This document shows positions 62,254 through 64,000 of a stretch of DNA of 64,000 nt, one piece after another. The notes under the pieces were generated by a model. It saw only the letters and a list, made by a program, of their open reading frames with translations. It was not told where the DNA came from and searched no databases. The DNA is taken from NCBI RefSeq assembly GCF_963921235.1, contig NC_086098.1, positions 237,646,001-237,710,000 of the forward strand, given 5' to 3'. The position numbers were made by a program, and so were the translations under genes. Within the stretch, counting starts at the first letter, position 1; every line of letters starts with the position of its first letter. This DNA comes from Mobula hypostoma. Taxonomy: Eukaryota.

Positions 62254-64000
62254 GGCGTAACATCCTCCAGGTTTTCTGGTTTCCTTCCACAGTCAAAAGA
62301 AGTACCGGTTAGTAGATCATCTGGTTATTGTAAATTGTCCTGTGATTGCGTTTGTGTCAAAACAGTGGCTTGCTGGACGGTGCGAAGGGCCTGTTGCGCA
62401 CTGTATCTCTGAATGAATAAATATTTAAATAGACAGATAGATACACAGATAGACAGAGAGTTAGATAGATAGGTAAATGCATAGATACCAAAGCGTGGTA
62501 CCTCCGAACATGTTGTCGCCGAAAGCGTGGCGATACTTCCGGTCTGTCCCCAGCACAATCCTTATTGATTTGATTTGATGCAAACGGCGCTGTATGTTTG
62601 TCTTCATGTATGCCAAATAAAGTTAATGTTTTATAATATTTAATGTATTCTATTTATGTTCATTGATTTTTTTCTGTTTTTAGTGTTTCGTTGTGCGCTT
62701 GACAGTCTCGGTGTTTTCAAAGATGTTTAAAAACGTTAAAAGTGTTAATTATTCCAGTACACCAAGTGTGGACGTCATTTGAGCGATTGTTCATTTGACT
62801 TTTTTCTTATAAACAGGATTTATCTTCTCTAATGTCGTACAAGTTGCTCTGTGTTGTCCATAAATAGAGTGATTAACACAGTCCAGGAACAGTTTTACAC
62901 CATCCAACTAACATAAAAACCTCATTAATGACGAAGTGATATTTCAACACCAAATTCTTGAGAAAAAATATCAGCAGGTCAGGCAACCGTAAATAATTTG
63001 TGTGAAATGTACTGAATTCGTTGTGTGTGCGTGGAGCTAACACTCGCAGTCGTCTTATCAGTCACACCCTCCATAAAAAAAACACGCTATTGGTCAGACA
63101 AGATATAACATTAACATAATTAAACGGGTCTCTGTAATCATCTCATACGTATTTCACGCTTCCGCAACTTTCTCCCATCTGACAATTACAGTCTTAGATC
63201 CAGCACTACAAGTTTCAGGAAGAGTTCCACCATCAGGCTCCTGAACCAAAGTGGATGACTTTAATCACCACATCTCTGAACTGATTTCGCGTTCTGTAGA
63301 CTCACTTTCAAACTCATGTCCTCAATATTATGTATGATTTATCTATCATCCCTTTATCCGTTTGTTTATCTATTTATGATCGATTGAGTTTAATTGATCT
63401 GTCTATTCATGTGTGTTTTATTTATTAATCTGTCTCTCTTTCAATCTATCCATTTATTTATTTGCGGTTATTCGTCTTTGTGCTTCTCAGTCTTTGTGTG
63501 TAGTTTTTCATTCCATCTATTCTACCTTTTTATTCTACTGTGAATATCTGTAAGAACATGAAACTCAGGGTCGCATATGAAGACATGCACAGACTTTGAT
63601 AACAAATTTACCTTAAACTTTGAAAATAACTATGAGTTACAGAAGCTAGTGTGCGGGTGTGGCAGATGGTGACGGTGGTGTCAGGGCGGGAAGTGAGGCC
63701 GATGGCCTTCATTCAGGAACTAACGGAATCGATGGAGTGAATGGTCACGTCACGGGGAAACTTCCCTACTGTGTAACATTCCCAATGGTGGTAATACGTT
63801 GCCCAAAAGGCAGTGATATTGTTGCTCTCCCTCCCACAGGGATGGTTGTAAATGAAGAGAGAAATGCAGGGCACCGAGAAGTAGAAGATTCCGGAGATGG
63901 TGGGATCTGAGTGCCGACGGACAAAGAATGCTCAGGACGCAGAGGGCAGAAAAGCGGAATAAGATGTCTGAGGCGATATAACAGTAACTCTGATTGATGC

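Overview
Repeat-rich eukaryotic genomic DNA with one assembly gap (N 20842-21025). The CR1 LINE and V-SINE content suggests a cartilaginous fish, probably a batoid (inference). The main result is a complete six-exon minus-strand gene at 45619->32764, assembled by hand with phase-consistent GT-AG junctions. It encodes a 290-aa type I membrane receptor: signal peptide, a V domain with the J-like FGxG strand already joined in the germline, one C1-set domain, an uncharged TM preceded by a lone Cys, and a tail ending in DIYAQL. This is a non-rearranging antigen-receptor-like VJ-C1 receptor, and it has a RUNX/ETS-type promoter. A convergent plus-strand gene at the left edge has a TM exon (560-649) and a YEEV tail exon (2834-2925). 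A candidate orphan minus-strand TM exon carrying an intramembrane Asp lies at 19515-19636. The rest is transposable elements: a full-length degenerate Gmr1-type Gypsy element with integrase before RT (7197-14753); a tandem-repeat-rich LTR family present as solo LTRs, a 2-LTR mini-element and a TSD-flanked fold-back copy; plus CR1, RTE, R4/Dong-like, L1-type and SINE insertions, many of them nested.
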